Shown here: positions 1 to 14,935 of the stretch, one piece after another
How the letters are laid out: every line of letters begins with the position of its first letter
Numbering within the stretch: the stretch's first letter is position 1
NCBI GenBank assembly: GCA_977030845.1
Contig: OZ365112.1
Span: forward strand, 17,112,001 to 17,176,000
Direction of reading: 5' to 3'
Source: Fimbriosthenelais zetlandica
Lineage: Eukaryota
DNA: 64,000 bases
Translations under genes and position numbers: made by a program
The notes under the pieces: model-generated
Databases searched by the model: none
Told to the model about the DNA's origin: nothing
The model's input: only the letters and a program-made list of their open reading frames with translations

Positions 1-3000
1 TCGTTGTAAACGACACCATTCTGCTGCAGTCAGTTCTTCATCTCTTGTTGTGAACCTTTACAATCAGCTGCACCTGCCAGCCACTGTGTTGAAAAAGATG
101 GGGGAGTAGCGGTGGAATTTTTAGTGGCGAGGTTTGAACAGACTGACAGCCTGCACACGGTTATATTATGATGAAGATATCACCTAAACAATGCATACTA
201 CTATGCATAATCTTTCGATAACATAGCCTGCGTCATACTAAAAGGTATGGATTTACACTTATCTTATAAATGTGCATGGAAGACGAACTTGAATACCATA
301 CCTTTTCGAACTGGAAAGAGAGAAAGGTACTAAGTATACTCTAGTCAATATCAGGCTATAATTTTAGGCAATATTTTAGTATGGTCTTCAAAACTCCACG
401 TTAGACATTCAATTCCAAGCTATATGCTTGTGAGAAGACCTAATAGTATTTTAACTTGAAATAATTCTTCTATCAAGGACAAATTGTACATTAGGACATT
501 TAAACCTAATCATTGTCCTCATAGTTATCATATATCCGCAAGAAAAACTGTGGGGGATTGCAGGAAGGCATTTGACAATGACAAAGCTCGTAGTGATGGA
601 GTCTATAAAGTATAGACATTTATAGACGGGGCATCCAACCTTCCATACAACCTTCCTCATATAGTCTGCAGGGCGATGAAGCTATATAATATCCAGGCGC
701 ATACTATAGTAGCTGGTAGATAGAGATGTGATAAATAAACTAGCACCCAGCGAATGAATGTCAGTCATTAAGTCATCTTTCACCGAGCAGAAGGGCCAAC
801 TCATGGGCGGATCTAGACAATACACTCTTTGATCATTTTCTTTCTGAGGTTGAAACACGTGCGCCGGAAAGGAGACCGCAATTATAGCCATACCTCCTCT
901 CTCTTTCTCTTTCTACTGAAACAGGTGCATGCTTATCAATCTGTGTGCCGTCCCTTGTCAAAAGTATTTAGTTTGACCCGATTCTTATCGACAACATTTG
1001 TAATATTTTTACGGTTTTTCATCCAGTACAGTCAGGGCATTAGTGTATAAATAACTTTTGACTATTCGGCTACAAAGTTTTTAAGCAACATATCTGTGTT
1101 CTTAAGTGGCGATATTGATTTGTAATGTCAAAAGATAGAGAATGATTGTTCGTAACCTGATATCTAAATCACAATAAGGGCATAGCAGCTGTGTGGGGTG
1201 GCAACCAAAGCAATAACTATTCACTTTTCTGAGGCAGAACACATCCTGAAAAAATACAGGTCCAAAAACTCTCAGTCACTGAAGTCTTTTGGGGGCTTAT
1301 TTTCAGGAGACTTGGACAAAACTATACAAAAGCCAGCGTTCTCTAATATATAGGCAATTAAATAAGTTTTAAGCGAGGGCAAGAATTCTAAGGGGACAGG
1401 AGATGGAAAAATGTTCAAGGATGAAAGACGAGCCGATGGAAAAGATTTATATGAGGTCACATAGATATACAAACACGATGAAGTCATTAGGAATGTTGAT
1501 AATTAGCGAGGGGCGGATCTACTTTGACATAAAGGGCGATTAGCATTCACTTACTCCCCCTGGAGATCTTCACGAGGACTATATAACACAACACTGCCCT
1601 CCCATGAGTGGGAACCCGACCTGACTGACGCCACTGGCAGTCCCTTTCAGCAACGTTATAACGTTCTTTCTCAAGACGCGCTGCATGGTATATTTTCAGT
1701 CACATCATATCGACCCGGTCTGACCATCACTTGTCGTTACAATGAATTTTCTCATGAGGGAAGAGCATACTAATATAGGCACCCGTCTTGCTTGGGAGAG
1801 CCCGCCCCAGGTTTCACTATACAAGACAGGGTCAGGTATTCCTGTCGGGCATTACTAGTATACAACTGACATTCTGGCTTCTTCAAATTGTCTACTGACA
1901 GCAGGGACTTTTCAAGTTTTTATGAATCCATTTCAGAGGGAACAAGGTTAGCAAATGCACCAATGCGTGCAGAGGGGTCCCTCTGAAGCCAAATGAAACC
2001 AGTAATTTGGGAAAATTGTTGGGTCTCACTGTCCGCGAGAGTGTGGAAGCTATCATTTGGTTGAAGGGAACTTAAAGCCATTGAACTTAGGATGTCCCCT
2101 GTCTGTGTAGTGTGCCTGTCGTTGGACACTTTTCCCATGGGAGGATTGGGGAGTGTATGACATGAGGATGTAACATAGATGTATACTTTACGTCCATTAA
2201 AATGTTCTACATCCATAGCGGATGGCATGTATAAAGATCTCAACCTTAACAGACAAGCTTTGATCACAAACCCTTCATTCTATTCTACCAATAAATGAAT
2301 AATGGGAGACTCCTCCCAGTTGGAATAACAGCTCTATAAAGTCACACAAAGTGATCCTAGGTATAGGGTTGATTTAGTTTGAGCAGCATACCATGTTCGC
2401 TTCTCTAATAGTTGTCTTTGAGAATGGAGAGGATAGCCTGTAGCCAGGACTGGATTTAGTCGTCATTTTATGTCTCATACAAAAAGATCCTCATCAAGTG
2501 TGATCAATATACATCATGTTCAACATCTACAGCACGGCTCCACAGACACGGGTATTAATCATGTTGTTATTGTCAGTTTTTCTCCGACAATTACTTTGGG
2601 TACTTCAGCATCTCTGTCTCCGGGAACTGTCTGAGAGACATTATTTAGGACCAAGAAAGAGACATAGCTAGTGAAAAAGATGTGCAGCCAGTTGACTTAA
2701 GTTAAAGCCTGGATTCCTGTTTGGCGGAAGAAGGGTGGAGGATATGACGAGGTGCCATAAGGGAATGTCAGCAGCCTTGGTGATTTATAAGCTGGACTAG
2801 TGCACGTGCTACTTGTTCTAATAAATAACACAAATGTGTGGGGCGAGAGTGTCTGTGAAAATGTGTGTGCTATATCGTTTGGTGTTGAGGGGGGCAGATG
2901 ACAAGAGACCGACAAGCTTGTCGCGACCACTAACTGGGTTCTTATCCCCACACCCCCTGCCCCCACCCCGATCCAACGGTCAGGGTGAGACCAAGTGACC

Positions 3001-6000
3001 CTACCAATGACCCATCAAGGGCTTTCTATGTGATGTTAAGGCCGTTTTGGGAAGCAGTGACCATCGTCTTAAAAGAAGGGATACGAGCAAATCTTAAATA
3101 GTGTTTCCCCCAAAGTTTGTGTCTCCAGGGTAAAGATATAGGTCGTACATTGAATGGGGAACATTTGGAGGAAAGGAGAGATGAGTGGCGGTTGACTTTG
3201 TGCTATCTGGGGCGTTGACAGCTCAGGGAGAGGACTTGAAGGAGGACCCAGAGAAGATCAAAGACCTACAGCAGAGCGACAGCTGATGAAACAGACAACT
3301 GTAGGTGTGAAATGAACACCATTTAGCATCCGAATTCCATCGAGAAACACGTGCTCTGGTGGGCGCAGTGTGTCTGGGAGCCTTATCATCAAAAACTATA
3401 GGTTTGGCGCGGACTTTGATCAGGGGGGCAAGGATTAAGAAATCGATGTTGATGCCAACGACCGCGGCGACACCTCTTGCGGAAAGAGGGAAGCCAGGAG
3501 AAAGGCCCCACACATGCATGGAGGGGAATAGAGGAGGGTCAGGGGTCAACGACGGGAGAAGGTTACTGGAGTCGGTGCCAGCCAAGCGGATATCAAATAC
3601 TCCCTCGTGTATTCTCTGTCAAATGACTGTATTTTGCTGATTTTTTTCAGTCTAGTTGTTTGTTTTGAATTACACAAGGTCTTTTATTTCAAATCAGGAT
3701 TTTTATTGCCATGTAGGCTTATATATAACATTTGAACTCAAAGGTCATATGTACAGGCCTATGGATTGGTTACATAATGATTTTCCCTTCGATTGAAGTC
3801 ACAGAATAACTGACATCGGATTTCCCATTTAATATCTCTCACATGTATTTCGTGAACATAGATCTGAATATTTCTGTAACAATAATGAAGCAATTAAAGA
3901 TGTTATGTAGCCATTTAATAATACGAACTATTTGTTCAGGCAATTAAAGTATTCAGATAAAAAGTGAACCAGTCGCCTTACTGGTCTGAAATAGACACCT
4001 ATAGAAATCTACCTCACAGTTTGTGTATAGTGGGTGTCTATGACAGAGGAGACCGCCTGTTCCCGTGCCGTCAGCGGCACATCAAGCCATTGCCTCCGGC
4101 TATCGTCTGATAAAGTTGACGGGCGTTTTGTAAGGGGACGTTTAACTCGGCCGAGGTTAACTTGCCCGCCTGTTAAGCTTTCTCGGCGGTGGGAACTGTA
4201 ATGGGAAAATTGTGCCGCCTCGGGGAAGGGGTGGGTTTGTGGACTGGTTGAGAAGCCCCCAATGTTGACGTTGGGCTGACTAAAAGGTGTGCGCCTATCC
4301 TGGGGCTAGACAGGGTAAACTGATAGTGAACTATGATATGTATAATGTGCTTGTCAATCAAAGCAACGGCCCTGGAACCTATCCAAGGGAGGAAGAGGAA
4401 AAAGGGAAGTCTTACAGATATTCTTTCAGAAAATATCTGTTTATATCATGATTAATTTTTAGTACGGCTTATCATCTTTCTACGCAGGGTTATTTTATCT
4501 GGGACCGATTAATATTTCGTAAACCGAGGATAATAGGTGTTCATTGTAAGGAGTAATATCACTCAAATGAATAGTAGTAGATACCATGGAAACCACTGAG
4601 GGTAGGCCTAATAGAAATATGCGATGTTAAAACATATTTGGCTATGATATAATGAGACTACATATTAATTAACAGCTCATAAATAAGGCCGCAAATGAGC
4701 CTTTAATTGAGGGTCGCCAGAAGGAGCTATCAGAAAGTTATCTGGAGTCATCTCTTGGTGGCATGGAGAAAATTTATCTCATTTAAGTCATCAGGTGTAT
4801 GGGGAGATATATGAACCCAGTCAGTCTAATTAATCATAGCTTAATTGATTATGTCACTCCGGTTTTGCAGATCGGTATAAAGTCCTGACAATATATATAG
4901 ACCCCACAGAGGCTTCCAAAGGGGAGAAGAAGGCGGAGAAAGATCCAGTTTGATATCAAATAAAACTGGAGTACATTTCTCTGTCTCGTTGTAGGCCATA
5001 TACCAACTAGGGACCATGTATACAATCAGCAGCCCATACAATTTCAGACTGACAGATGGCTTCGAAATCCCTGTCCCTTTTTCAGAGCCCACTCGTGCGT
5101 CCTGACTCATTGGACAGCCCCTTTTGTCATTTTGTTTATCTTTTCCTTCACCGGAGAGGTCTCTCTGCTTTTAAAAATGTCCATTCTGCTTTAATTCTAC
5201 CCCCAAGTCCTGACAAACTGAAAGACCGTGCGTAACAACACAAGGTTGTCAACACATAAGAGAGAGAGGTTGGGTGGGGCTACCATATATAAAAGAGAGG
5301 GAGGGCACGATACAGCCATGATTGAACGCAGAGAAACCAACACTCCTCGAATACTAATTAACAGATTAATGTCAGCCAATGACCCCTATTTGCATCATAA
5401 TTAGGGAGGGGAGACAATGCGCTGATTGACTTTTGAGAGCTCTCCTTTCTCCACGCTCTCAGAGCCTCACCCCAACCTCACCACTAGGTCGTATGCAGCA
5501 ACGACGTTAATGTCAAACCCCCAAACCTGACAGGATTGGAAAATTGACTTCATTGTTTCACATCATAAAGCTGGTGCATTTATGCCTTGCTATCTGAGCA
5601 GGCTAATTGTTTTGCACCGACACACCTCCATTATTATGTGAATTTGTCATGGACAAGGCAATTCCTTCTGCTGTAAAAGATTAATTAAATAAACACTTGA
5701 AAATATTTGTTCTCATAATATTATGACTGTAACATGTAAATATCAGAAGGCGATTTATAGAATACAAAATACCCTCCATTATATACCATATGCTCATGTT
5801 CTCTTGAATGTTTTCGTAAGTATTTTGTACATATGAGATATTCCTAATTCAGTTTTCTTCATACATGTACTTGTACTAGAGACATCCTTTGTATAATTGG
5901 CTTCAATCAGATGAAGTTAGATAAAAGCCTAACAACTGGTGTCCATTTCGTTTTGCAACTGCCAGTGGGTGTGCCCAACCCATTAATTCAACACTCAATC

Positions 6001-9000
6001 AGGCGTAATTCAATCGGAAATTAACATCCCAGAGGCCTGAGTCTCCAAACGCCATGTCACAACAATGGCTTCAGGCGCAGAGTGAGAGAGGGAAGCAGGG
6101 CAAGCGAGGTGGCTTTAGGAAGCAGATCATGTTAATTTCAAAAGCAAGGTGTTGATTTCAACCCTTGGGAATTGCCCCGTATCATGCACTTGACAGGCTG
6201 GGTTGTTAATGAGGAATGATAGTCGAGTTTAATCATAACTGATGGCTACTGACGCTTACAAAGCCCAAGTGGACCCCCTGAGGCTGGGCAATTGTTAGAT
6301 GTTCCCTGTTTCCATCTGTTCTTCAACGACCACATGTTTGTGGATATTATAATTTTCACGCAGTTCTGAGCATATGGTATGCTCGTCCACCCTCATTCCA
6401 ATCTCTCGGACACTTGTTAACTAAGCCATTTCTAAGTGATCCCTGTTTAAACAATTTTGCATTATCCTCTTTCCATAATAACGCTTAGTGGAACTGAGAA
6501 TTGAGTAAAAATTACAAGTGGCTACACGCAGTGACTCTCAGGCAAGAGGACGAAATCATTAATTGTATGCCCATGGTCGACTCTTATGATTGGGGCTTGA
6601 AGGCCTGTCGATGAAATTTGTGCTTTCCTGACTTCTTCACTGTTTATCACAGCACTTTAACGTATCCATCTCTGATACATAGGGACAGGTGCTTAGGTAC
6701 AAATTATCTGTCAGGCCTGATGACATTTTACAGAGGGGTGGAGGGAAAATAGCCCGCTTTTTATCTCCTCCACGCACGACAACCTCAATAGTGTTTTATA
6801 TGCGAACTAAAGAGCAAGAAGGGAAAGCCACCAAAATGCACCTTAATTGTGAGCCAATAGATGTTTTCCCTTGATTAACCGATCACAAGGGTAAGGGGTG
6901 GATGGCGGGTGAGGGAGAAATAAATTGGTTAAGAGATATAGGGGTGAGTTGTGGTTGATGGGATGGATGGGGTGAATGTGGAGTGTATGGGGTAAGTTTG
7001 AGGGGAGGGTGTCTCCACATACAGGTAGTCGAGGTGGCTTTTCGACCCCTAGCCATCCTCTCGTGGTTATTATTTCCGTCTAAGGTAGGAGCTAATAACC
7101 CACTTTGAGGGCTATCTTCTGTACACTACCTGTGTTTATGCCACTTAGCCTGGAATTACATGAGGAAAATTGAATATCATGTTACATGCCTCTACACCAA
7201 TCAAACTATAGCTCAGCTGTTTTCCAAAAAAAGGGGCAGTTGAAGCATATATATCCAAATGGAAAAGATCAGAAAAAATCTTATTATCAAAAGGCATAAT
7301 TATATCATGGATTTTTCTCATTCTTTAATTTTTCTGAGCTTGCTTTTTGTCCTTCTTTGCATTTCTTCTTAGAAACTATGCATCTAATCTTTCGTTTTTC
7401 TATATATGCATCTATAGAAGCAGGGACATATAGCACACAACGCATGCACCAGCAGTCAACACCAGAAAATAAATTATTTCTCATCCAGTAGACTATTTAT
7501 ATCAATTGCACCTCTTGTCTCTATTATGTAATTTACCTCATGATAATTCCCCTCGCCTCATTTCCTGGGATAACAAGAGGCTTTCTGAGGCGGTGTTCAT
7601 TTAAGGAGGGGTTTCAGCATTCCGTGCCTAATGTCCATTTCACTCTACGAAGGGGCGGGGCTCAGGCCCAGGTGTTGTTGGAACTTATCCTCAATTTGCC
7701 TCCAAATTGCTCGCGTCAGACACCTCTCTGACTTTCTAACCAAGCCGGGTAAGGCTTTAATGTGACTGACCCTTAAATTACAAATAGGCAGGTCTACTTA
7801 AAAAAGATCTCCGCGATAAAGAACATTAATAATATAATGGCATACACAAATCCATATATAAAGTAATTCAAACTATTATAATCAATAGTGCCATACGCAT
7901 TTTCATTGCCCTATAACACTATACCTAAATCTGAAAGTGTTTTGCCTCCAATTGTCTTTTCTCACATTCAAATAGATTTCAGACAAAGGATATTTATTTG
8001 GATGACCTATTGCTACCCCCGCCCCCTTCTCTTTGCTTGTCGCCGCGCAGGAGGGGGCTGAAGGTCGCGAGGGAAGATTAATGACCTCTTTGAATGTGCA
8101 AAACATTTACTGTCGGCCAAACCAGATATTGTCAAAAGGAAAGGCTTCATTTCCATTTCTTATTTAATTTTGGTACTGTATATGGAAAAAAATGCTGAGT
8201 CTTATTATGGATATGATTTGTTTTAAACCTCCGATATGGACAAAGAAATTGTAAGTGGACGGAATGCTCTTCCCATTGTAGACGTTCAAAGCTCTGAGTA
8301 ATTATAAGTAACATCATCGATGAACCTTGAGTGACTTGATGAAACTCAGGAAACAATGCATACCTTGTGTGCTTCCCACATTGAAATATCTCCAAAGAAT
8401 GTGGCCAGGATGCACCCACACACGTGTGCACATTAGGGGGTGTAATTAGGATTAACATGCATGTACTCTATAAGTCATGAAGGCACTAGGCTCAGCTCTA
8501 TATTGGGGGTTATCATGTCCTTGGTTAATACCAGCTTAATTTACTCTACCTTTGACATTGATATATCCTGTACTTCAGCTGGAAGACCCCTCCTGAGTAC
8601 CTCCCACTAAGCTCATGCACTCAAGGCCTGCATACATGGTTTGGGTATAGTCTACTAAGACTCCTTGATGTTCTCCTTGACAGAAACCATCCAGAGAAGC
8701 CTAGCAAACATTGCTTGATACTGGCAAGTATAACCTTGAACGTCTTGCGATTTTCAAATCGCTTCATTTGAAATATTCTAGGCTGACAAATAGACATGGG
8801 AAATTATCAAGTCGGCAGTAATTTCAGTGTGAAGTCGTCCAAGTGAAGTTTATATTATATGCATGGTGACTTGTCAGATTCTGGGTCCATTGGGTGTCTT
8901 AGCTGGCAATAAGTGATTGGTCTCCAGACTGAAATAAAAATCGCCTCCACTCGATCGCTCGCCTCGCCTGTCGCCCCCGCAATGACCCATCAGACACCTC

Positions 9001-9779
9001 TACCAGTGCGGACATCATATTTTGTATGAGAAACCTCCCCCGTCAATATCTTACTGTGCAAGCCAGTGGAAATAAAACGAATCATTATCCATTTCAGCAG
9101 AATCAAAGTTTTATCTGATAAGCAACAATGACCCGAATGAATACAGTGCTGAGACTGTGAGTGTTTGGTTGCGATATGGGTATTTGGTGTTTACATTCCA
9201 AAATCTTCGCTTGGGGTGGCGAAAAGTGGACAACTGTATTAAGGAAGCCCACAGCAAATTCCAAATCATATACTACTTGGGTTTACTGGAGACCCGAGGC
9301 TTATGAGGCGTGAGCGGGGAAGCCATTCGTCTAACTCTGACTGTTACATTGGATATAGAGGATAAATGTACATTGTAAATATCAGAGGCACATCCAAAAC
9401 AATGACAATACAAGCCGCCTCTCTACAGTTGATTCTATGCTCCCATTGATTATTTGCAGTTGTTTAGACAGCAGCAGTATAATTATTTCCAATACAAGAG
9501 CCATTAATCTAGACAAAAATGTGTGCCTGATGGAAGGGGGAGAAAGGCAGTGTAAGATGTATTGTTCACAGGCGATGAAATATACATAATCCTGTCTGTA
9601 GAGTTCCTGAAAGAAGGAGCCTCTTCTAAACATCAGCCCTCACCTCTCTAAGTCCTCTCCTTCCCTTCAGCTGCGTCCTCCTCGCCGCTTAACATGATAA
9701 TTCATTACACTCCAGTCACCATTTGCCCCAATTTTATGCATACCAAATCCGGAGCATCACTCCATTCCCGCATCTAATT

Positions 9780-11100
9780 GATTTTTTGCAAATTGCTCCG
9801 CAAACCAGCCGCCCCTACCCGATGAAAACGTCCACGTCAAAGATAAAATTTCGCGGGGGAGCACAGGAGGCGGAGGAGGAGGATGCGGAAGGAGGCAATT
9901 TTCGCCCTGTTTCTAAGCGGGCGTTGCTGTTTAATTAAAATGCTTTCGCCATGGATATGGCGCGGGGAGGCGATGGTCGCTGCGCGGTAACCAACCATCC
10001 CTGGCCCACACTCCATATTTACTGCGCGGGCGAATTAATAGTAAAAATGGCGCTGAGCGACCAAATACTTCATTATGGTGAGCCAGCCCGCCGCTTTCTT
10101 GACTGCTCAATACAGAGCGGAATGACAAAACAGCGCACCGGAAGTAAGGCCTAAAAAGGCGGCATTGTTAGCGGAGCCCGGGAAACGATGGGGACGGAGG
10201 TTTTGAGGCGAGAAAGCATGTGTGTGTTGAGTGGGGGCTGGGACCATCATCCTAGCAAATATCTCACGTCACAAAGGGTGTTTATTATCTCAAATGTTAT
10301 ATTGTATTTGGGAGCATCCACACTTCCCGCGCCAATGTTCCTCGATTGTCATAAATTATGAAGAGCTTTGTGAAATACTAAGCACCCAATCTAAGTACCA
10401 TCTTTCCCTAACCATTGTGTTGTCTGCTTTTGTTGCGTTTTCGCTGCCGCGTCCCTGTCGCCTAATCAGCAGAACGAGGGGCAGTGACAAAGGGTCAGCG
10501 GTCTAGCGTTTGACAATTAGCGTTTGCCCGGAGCAGCATGTGATAAACAGAGGCGGGCTAATAGCAGCAGATCCCTAACTGACAAATGTGAAATTGATTA
10601 GGGCGCGAGTTGCTCCCTTATCATGCCTCAGCCTGAGCACTAGCTCACTCGTGCTAAAAGCGCGGAGATTGCGGGGGCGGGGGCGGGGGCGGGGGACGCG
10701 CTGCATGGCGCGACTCACGAAATCACTTTACAGATAGTATTGGCTTTAAGGAATAATCGCGTCAGGCGATTTTAAAAGCGAATTATCAACAAACCAAGGG
10801 AATCACGTGTTCGCACTGATAACTTCTTAAGCCAATCAAATAACGATAAATAGAGCTTTGGGACGGCGCCGTCCTGGGGTATTAATGTCAAACGATTTGG
10901 ATTTTAAACTAATCCGCGAGGGCAAGGGGCTTTTTGTGTAAAGGATAGAGCCATGAGTGGCGAGGCAATGGAAGGGGGGAAGGAGGAGGAGGTGGTGGCG
11001 ATGGAAAGAGTAGGGGGCATATGATGAATACTCCTCCACTATCAATAAGCGCGCGGGGAAATGATTGAATGGGCTTTATTGCTGCTCAATTTAACCACAC
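9780..11100. promoter_or_regulatory. CpG-rich, motif-dense block in the engrailed intron (candidate enhancer or Polycomb-type element)
   Basis: Visibly more CG dinucleotides than the flanks; YY1/PHO-like AAAATGGCG (10044-10052), ETS ACCGGAAGT (10137-10145), a GC-box array, and many TAAT and TGACA sites. Confidence 0.4.
10673..10695 (+). repeat. (GGGGGC)3GGGGG GC-box array / G-quadruplex-forming motif
   Basis: Four runs of five G separated by single C. Confidence 0.85.
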
Positions 11101-14100
11101 TTCCACGGCTGTCTGATGCTTTAGAAGGTCCCTGTTAAAGGCCCTGTCAGCGAGCTCTAAAGCCCTTCGTGCTGGGGGCCTTGGAAAGCGCGAGCTTAGG
11201 GCAGTGACAACTGACAGCTAGAGCTCATATCGTTCTCCACAGGAAGAGAGCACCCTCTGTGTGTTCATTTCCGAGCTGAAATGGACATGACCAATGCTCA
11301 TTCACAGGCGCTGTGATTTACATTTGTCAGGCATTGAGGAAGTAGAGGGGTGGTGGTATGATGGTGGCGCTATAGGCAGACTACGCCGCTAAATGCTGTT
11401 GCGCTAGTGGCCGTGGTAGTATCCAGGGGACATCTGTTTCAATACAGATGCATTAGACTATAGCCAGTGGTAAGGATATGGGCTAATCTAGCACATTTCC
11501 TTCCAATAGATCAAGAGTTTCTTATACATGATATGTTTAAGTCAATCTTAACGGATATGATATTGATCACTGTAATTTGGTCACCGAGGATAAATATACA
11601 GTGCCAAATCATTAGATGATAAGGGTACATTGACTGCTAAGACCTGGGGACCAATACTTATCAGTAGAGGGAATATAGAGGTCCCTTCTTCCCCACCCCA
11701 TGCTGGCGACCGTTTAATGCATCTGCCCTTGGTTTAACGACTAGGTACCAACGTCCAGAATGCTCTTAATTGAGATAGGAAAGTTTGACAGAAACGTCCA
11801 AAACAATACATACACAGGGGGCCCGCAAAATGGATGTACTCTATCCCCAGCTCTTTTCAAATCAATTGACCCATCAGGGTATTAGCTGTGTAACTTTATA
11901 CCCAGTTTTTTGTCCTGCTTTTAGTCCGTTTAAACCGACACAGGGATGATATATCTTTCTGTCCACAAACAATTGGAATTGCTCCAGAATTGAACTAATC
12001 ACCTTTTTTTAGCGATGTCTCAATTGGTCACTTGGCAGAATCTATTCCTGCCCGTTTCATTCTCAAAGAAGCATGTTGTGCATTTGGTATCATGGTAAGA
12101 AACAATTTACAGGACAACACGCCAGTTTACTTTAGACAATAAGAAGTTAAAATTGTATCATTTGATGTGCAGCCCTCTTGTGAGATATGGTAACTATTGG
12201 TCCTCAAGATAGACAAATCAAAGTAGGAGGTGAGGTAGGTTCTATTTGTCTCTCATGAGGAAGTATTTGAATGTTTTAGGGTGTGTAAGGGGGAGACAAT
12301 GCCGCTCTAATACCCAGGGGAGCCTCCCCTGAACCCGCCAAACCCCCTCAGCCATAGCATCTATGTAAACACTGACACCCGCCTACCATTTTTGCCAAGA
12401 GAAGTAGTTTTTGTTGTAGCGCTAAGTTGACGTTTGTATTGACGTGAACTGTTGGTATTATACTGCTGTCCGACCAAGTCTCTCAACGAGTGACTTCAAA
12501 TTAGCATAATAAAATAGAATGTATTTCAACGACAAATCCAAGTATTTGCCACACACCTACACTGTGTTCTCATGAGTGTATATATGTGTACACAGAGTAG
12601 ACCCTTCAGGGAATATGTACAGATTTCTCCCACGCTTAACAAGGGCTGGGAAAACGGAGAGATGCGATTCATTTCAACCGACTTCATTGTAAAACCTTTT
12701 ACTGAAATGATTCAGCTGCTTAAGTAGGAGATTTCGGACAAGTGGCTAAATGATTGTTCATTTTACCTGAACTCTCCATCAAATTAAAACCCTCGTGTTA
12801 GTCTGATTGGAATGTCAAAGTGTGAGTTACAAGGGTGCAATAAAAGACCTTATAGACACATTGAGGGTAGGGTGAAGGGCTATACAGGCGCCTAGAAGTG
12901 TGGCCCTCGGATATATGGCTTATATCCTCTACAAACACATTGTACCCTAAAGCAATTCTACTGATCACCTTCTATTTTCTTCAGTTACCCCTTAGGCTCA
13001 AGATTTGTATAGGATCCTGTTGCCTCCCCACAATATACAGGGGAACAACTGTTCAATAAACCCACTCGTGATTTGATGACTTGGAGTAAATGTCTCTTCA
13101 ATCACTGAGAGATTACTCTACAATATAATATGCCAATTACCTTTTATCTTCAACCACCCCGGCCGGTCCATATCAGCAATTCTACTGTGATGATGAGATC
13201 GGTCTTTTAGATCAAACTCGTACTATATCGTAGTACTCTTGAATAATTTTCCATGAGAAAAGATATTTGGGCAACAGCCTTAAACATATAGAATGAAATT
13301 TCCTGTTCACTTACAATATACCCTTGGGATGAATTTTGCCGAATTCATGAACTTAGATTTGGCTATTGACGCAGGGGAGGCCATTCGGTTCAACTTTTGA
13401 TTTCGGACCGTGAGAAATTCCGACACACAGAGCTGATTTTTAACAAAGTAAAAGAGGCGTTTTGCGACTGATTTGTTTAGTTCCATCAGCAAATGAAATG
13501 AGCACGCTTCTGCGCCCCGCAACAAGAGGCCAGATTTGGTTGTTCATTTTGAGTTGTTGAGCCATGTCTGATTTCATTTGGGAGGTGTTCTTCCATTTCA
13601 GACTCACCGACGCAGGTTCAGCACCTCCCGCCTGATGTCCCGACAAGAGCGTCCCCCCAAATATGGACCTCATTAGTTTTTATACTAAATTCGATTATCC
13701 CTTTGAAAATGACGGGAATCTCCAATAGAAAAGGTATATAATTCATTATTATATTCCAATAGAAATGCTCGTTTTACAGTTTGTGAATTTTTCATTAGAT
13801 TGTTCAGTTAAGAAAGAAATTCAGAATGGCAACTGTATGCGTCAAGAAACCTATACATGGGTATTCTCTCGTAAAAGAAACTCCAATTTATACATTTCAA
13901 TTATTGCGCTTATTCACAATATTTGAAGAGAACCGAGTCGCTAAAATTTAATATTTATACGACAGACAAGAACTATTTTGCATATCATTCAAATTAAAAC
14001 TAAACGTCGTCATGGGTTGGGAGTTCTAAATGACGCTATTTGACACATCTCAGCGCATTCCACCTGCCTCAACACATGCGTGATTCTCGCGATAGAATCT

Positions 14101-14935
14101 ATTGGAAAATACATCAATAATTCTCAGCCAATCAAAGCTCCCTTCTCCCGGCGTCTCTAGATTGGGAGGTTCTTTATGCCGACTAAATTAGATATTATCT
14201 AATAAAGATACGTCTCGCTATCAGACAATGATGTCGCGCGTTATCAAATAATAACGCTGGACCATTTGGCGGGGTTTAGAGACGCGCGATAATACAATGA
14301 TACTGTGATTGCTATCTGGGGCTGCGTCTTCACACCCTAGGGAGGGTTTTGTGTTCATGGCGCTACCTGTGGCTGCCTCAACCCCCCTCCGCCACATGAC
14401 ATAGTCGGGGGTCCCGCTTCCCTACCCCTCCCCACTCCACACATATACAGTCTGCTATAGCCCACACACCTGGCGTATGGCATCTCTAGATGACAGGCGC
14501 TGTGTGGGATATAGCAGTTAAATATTTAACATAGAAGATAAAGAGTTTCAGGAGAAAATATATTGTTTCAATTGAACTAAGTTCAAAACTAAGTGGTCTG
14601 ACTAATAGGAGGGAATTTGTTATGACAGGGCTGCAAGACAAATAGACATTTTTCACTATACGTAGACTTATTTTTATGACCATGCAGTACGTTAGAATCA
14701 GTTTCCTTTTAGATATTTTACAAAATATTCATCCACCTCAAGGTCATAAGTATGTTGCGCGCGAATAGTTAAAGAACAAACTGCTGAAAAATGAAGTGCA
14801 TGATAAGAAATTCATGAGCATATTCTGGAGGTACATGCAGGAGATTGGAAAAGAGGGGAACGACAGAGATGAAGAAAGATAGAATTGATGAGATGATTGA
14901 TTGTGATAAAAATTAATATTTGAAAATGAACTCAC

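Noticed and set aside
541-620. DCRKAFD as a LINE reverse transcriptase motif (also VSGGSHIG near 27920 and PQG near 60880)
   Set aside because: The matches are too short and the flanking motifs do not follow convincingly.
13307-13673. Minus-strand ORFs as the engrailed homeobox exon
   Set aside because: No EH3, RPRTAF, WFQNKRAK or LMAQGLYNH motifs.
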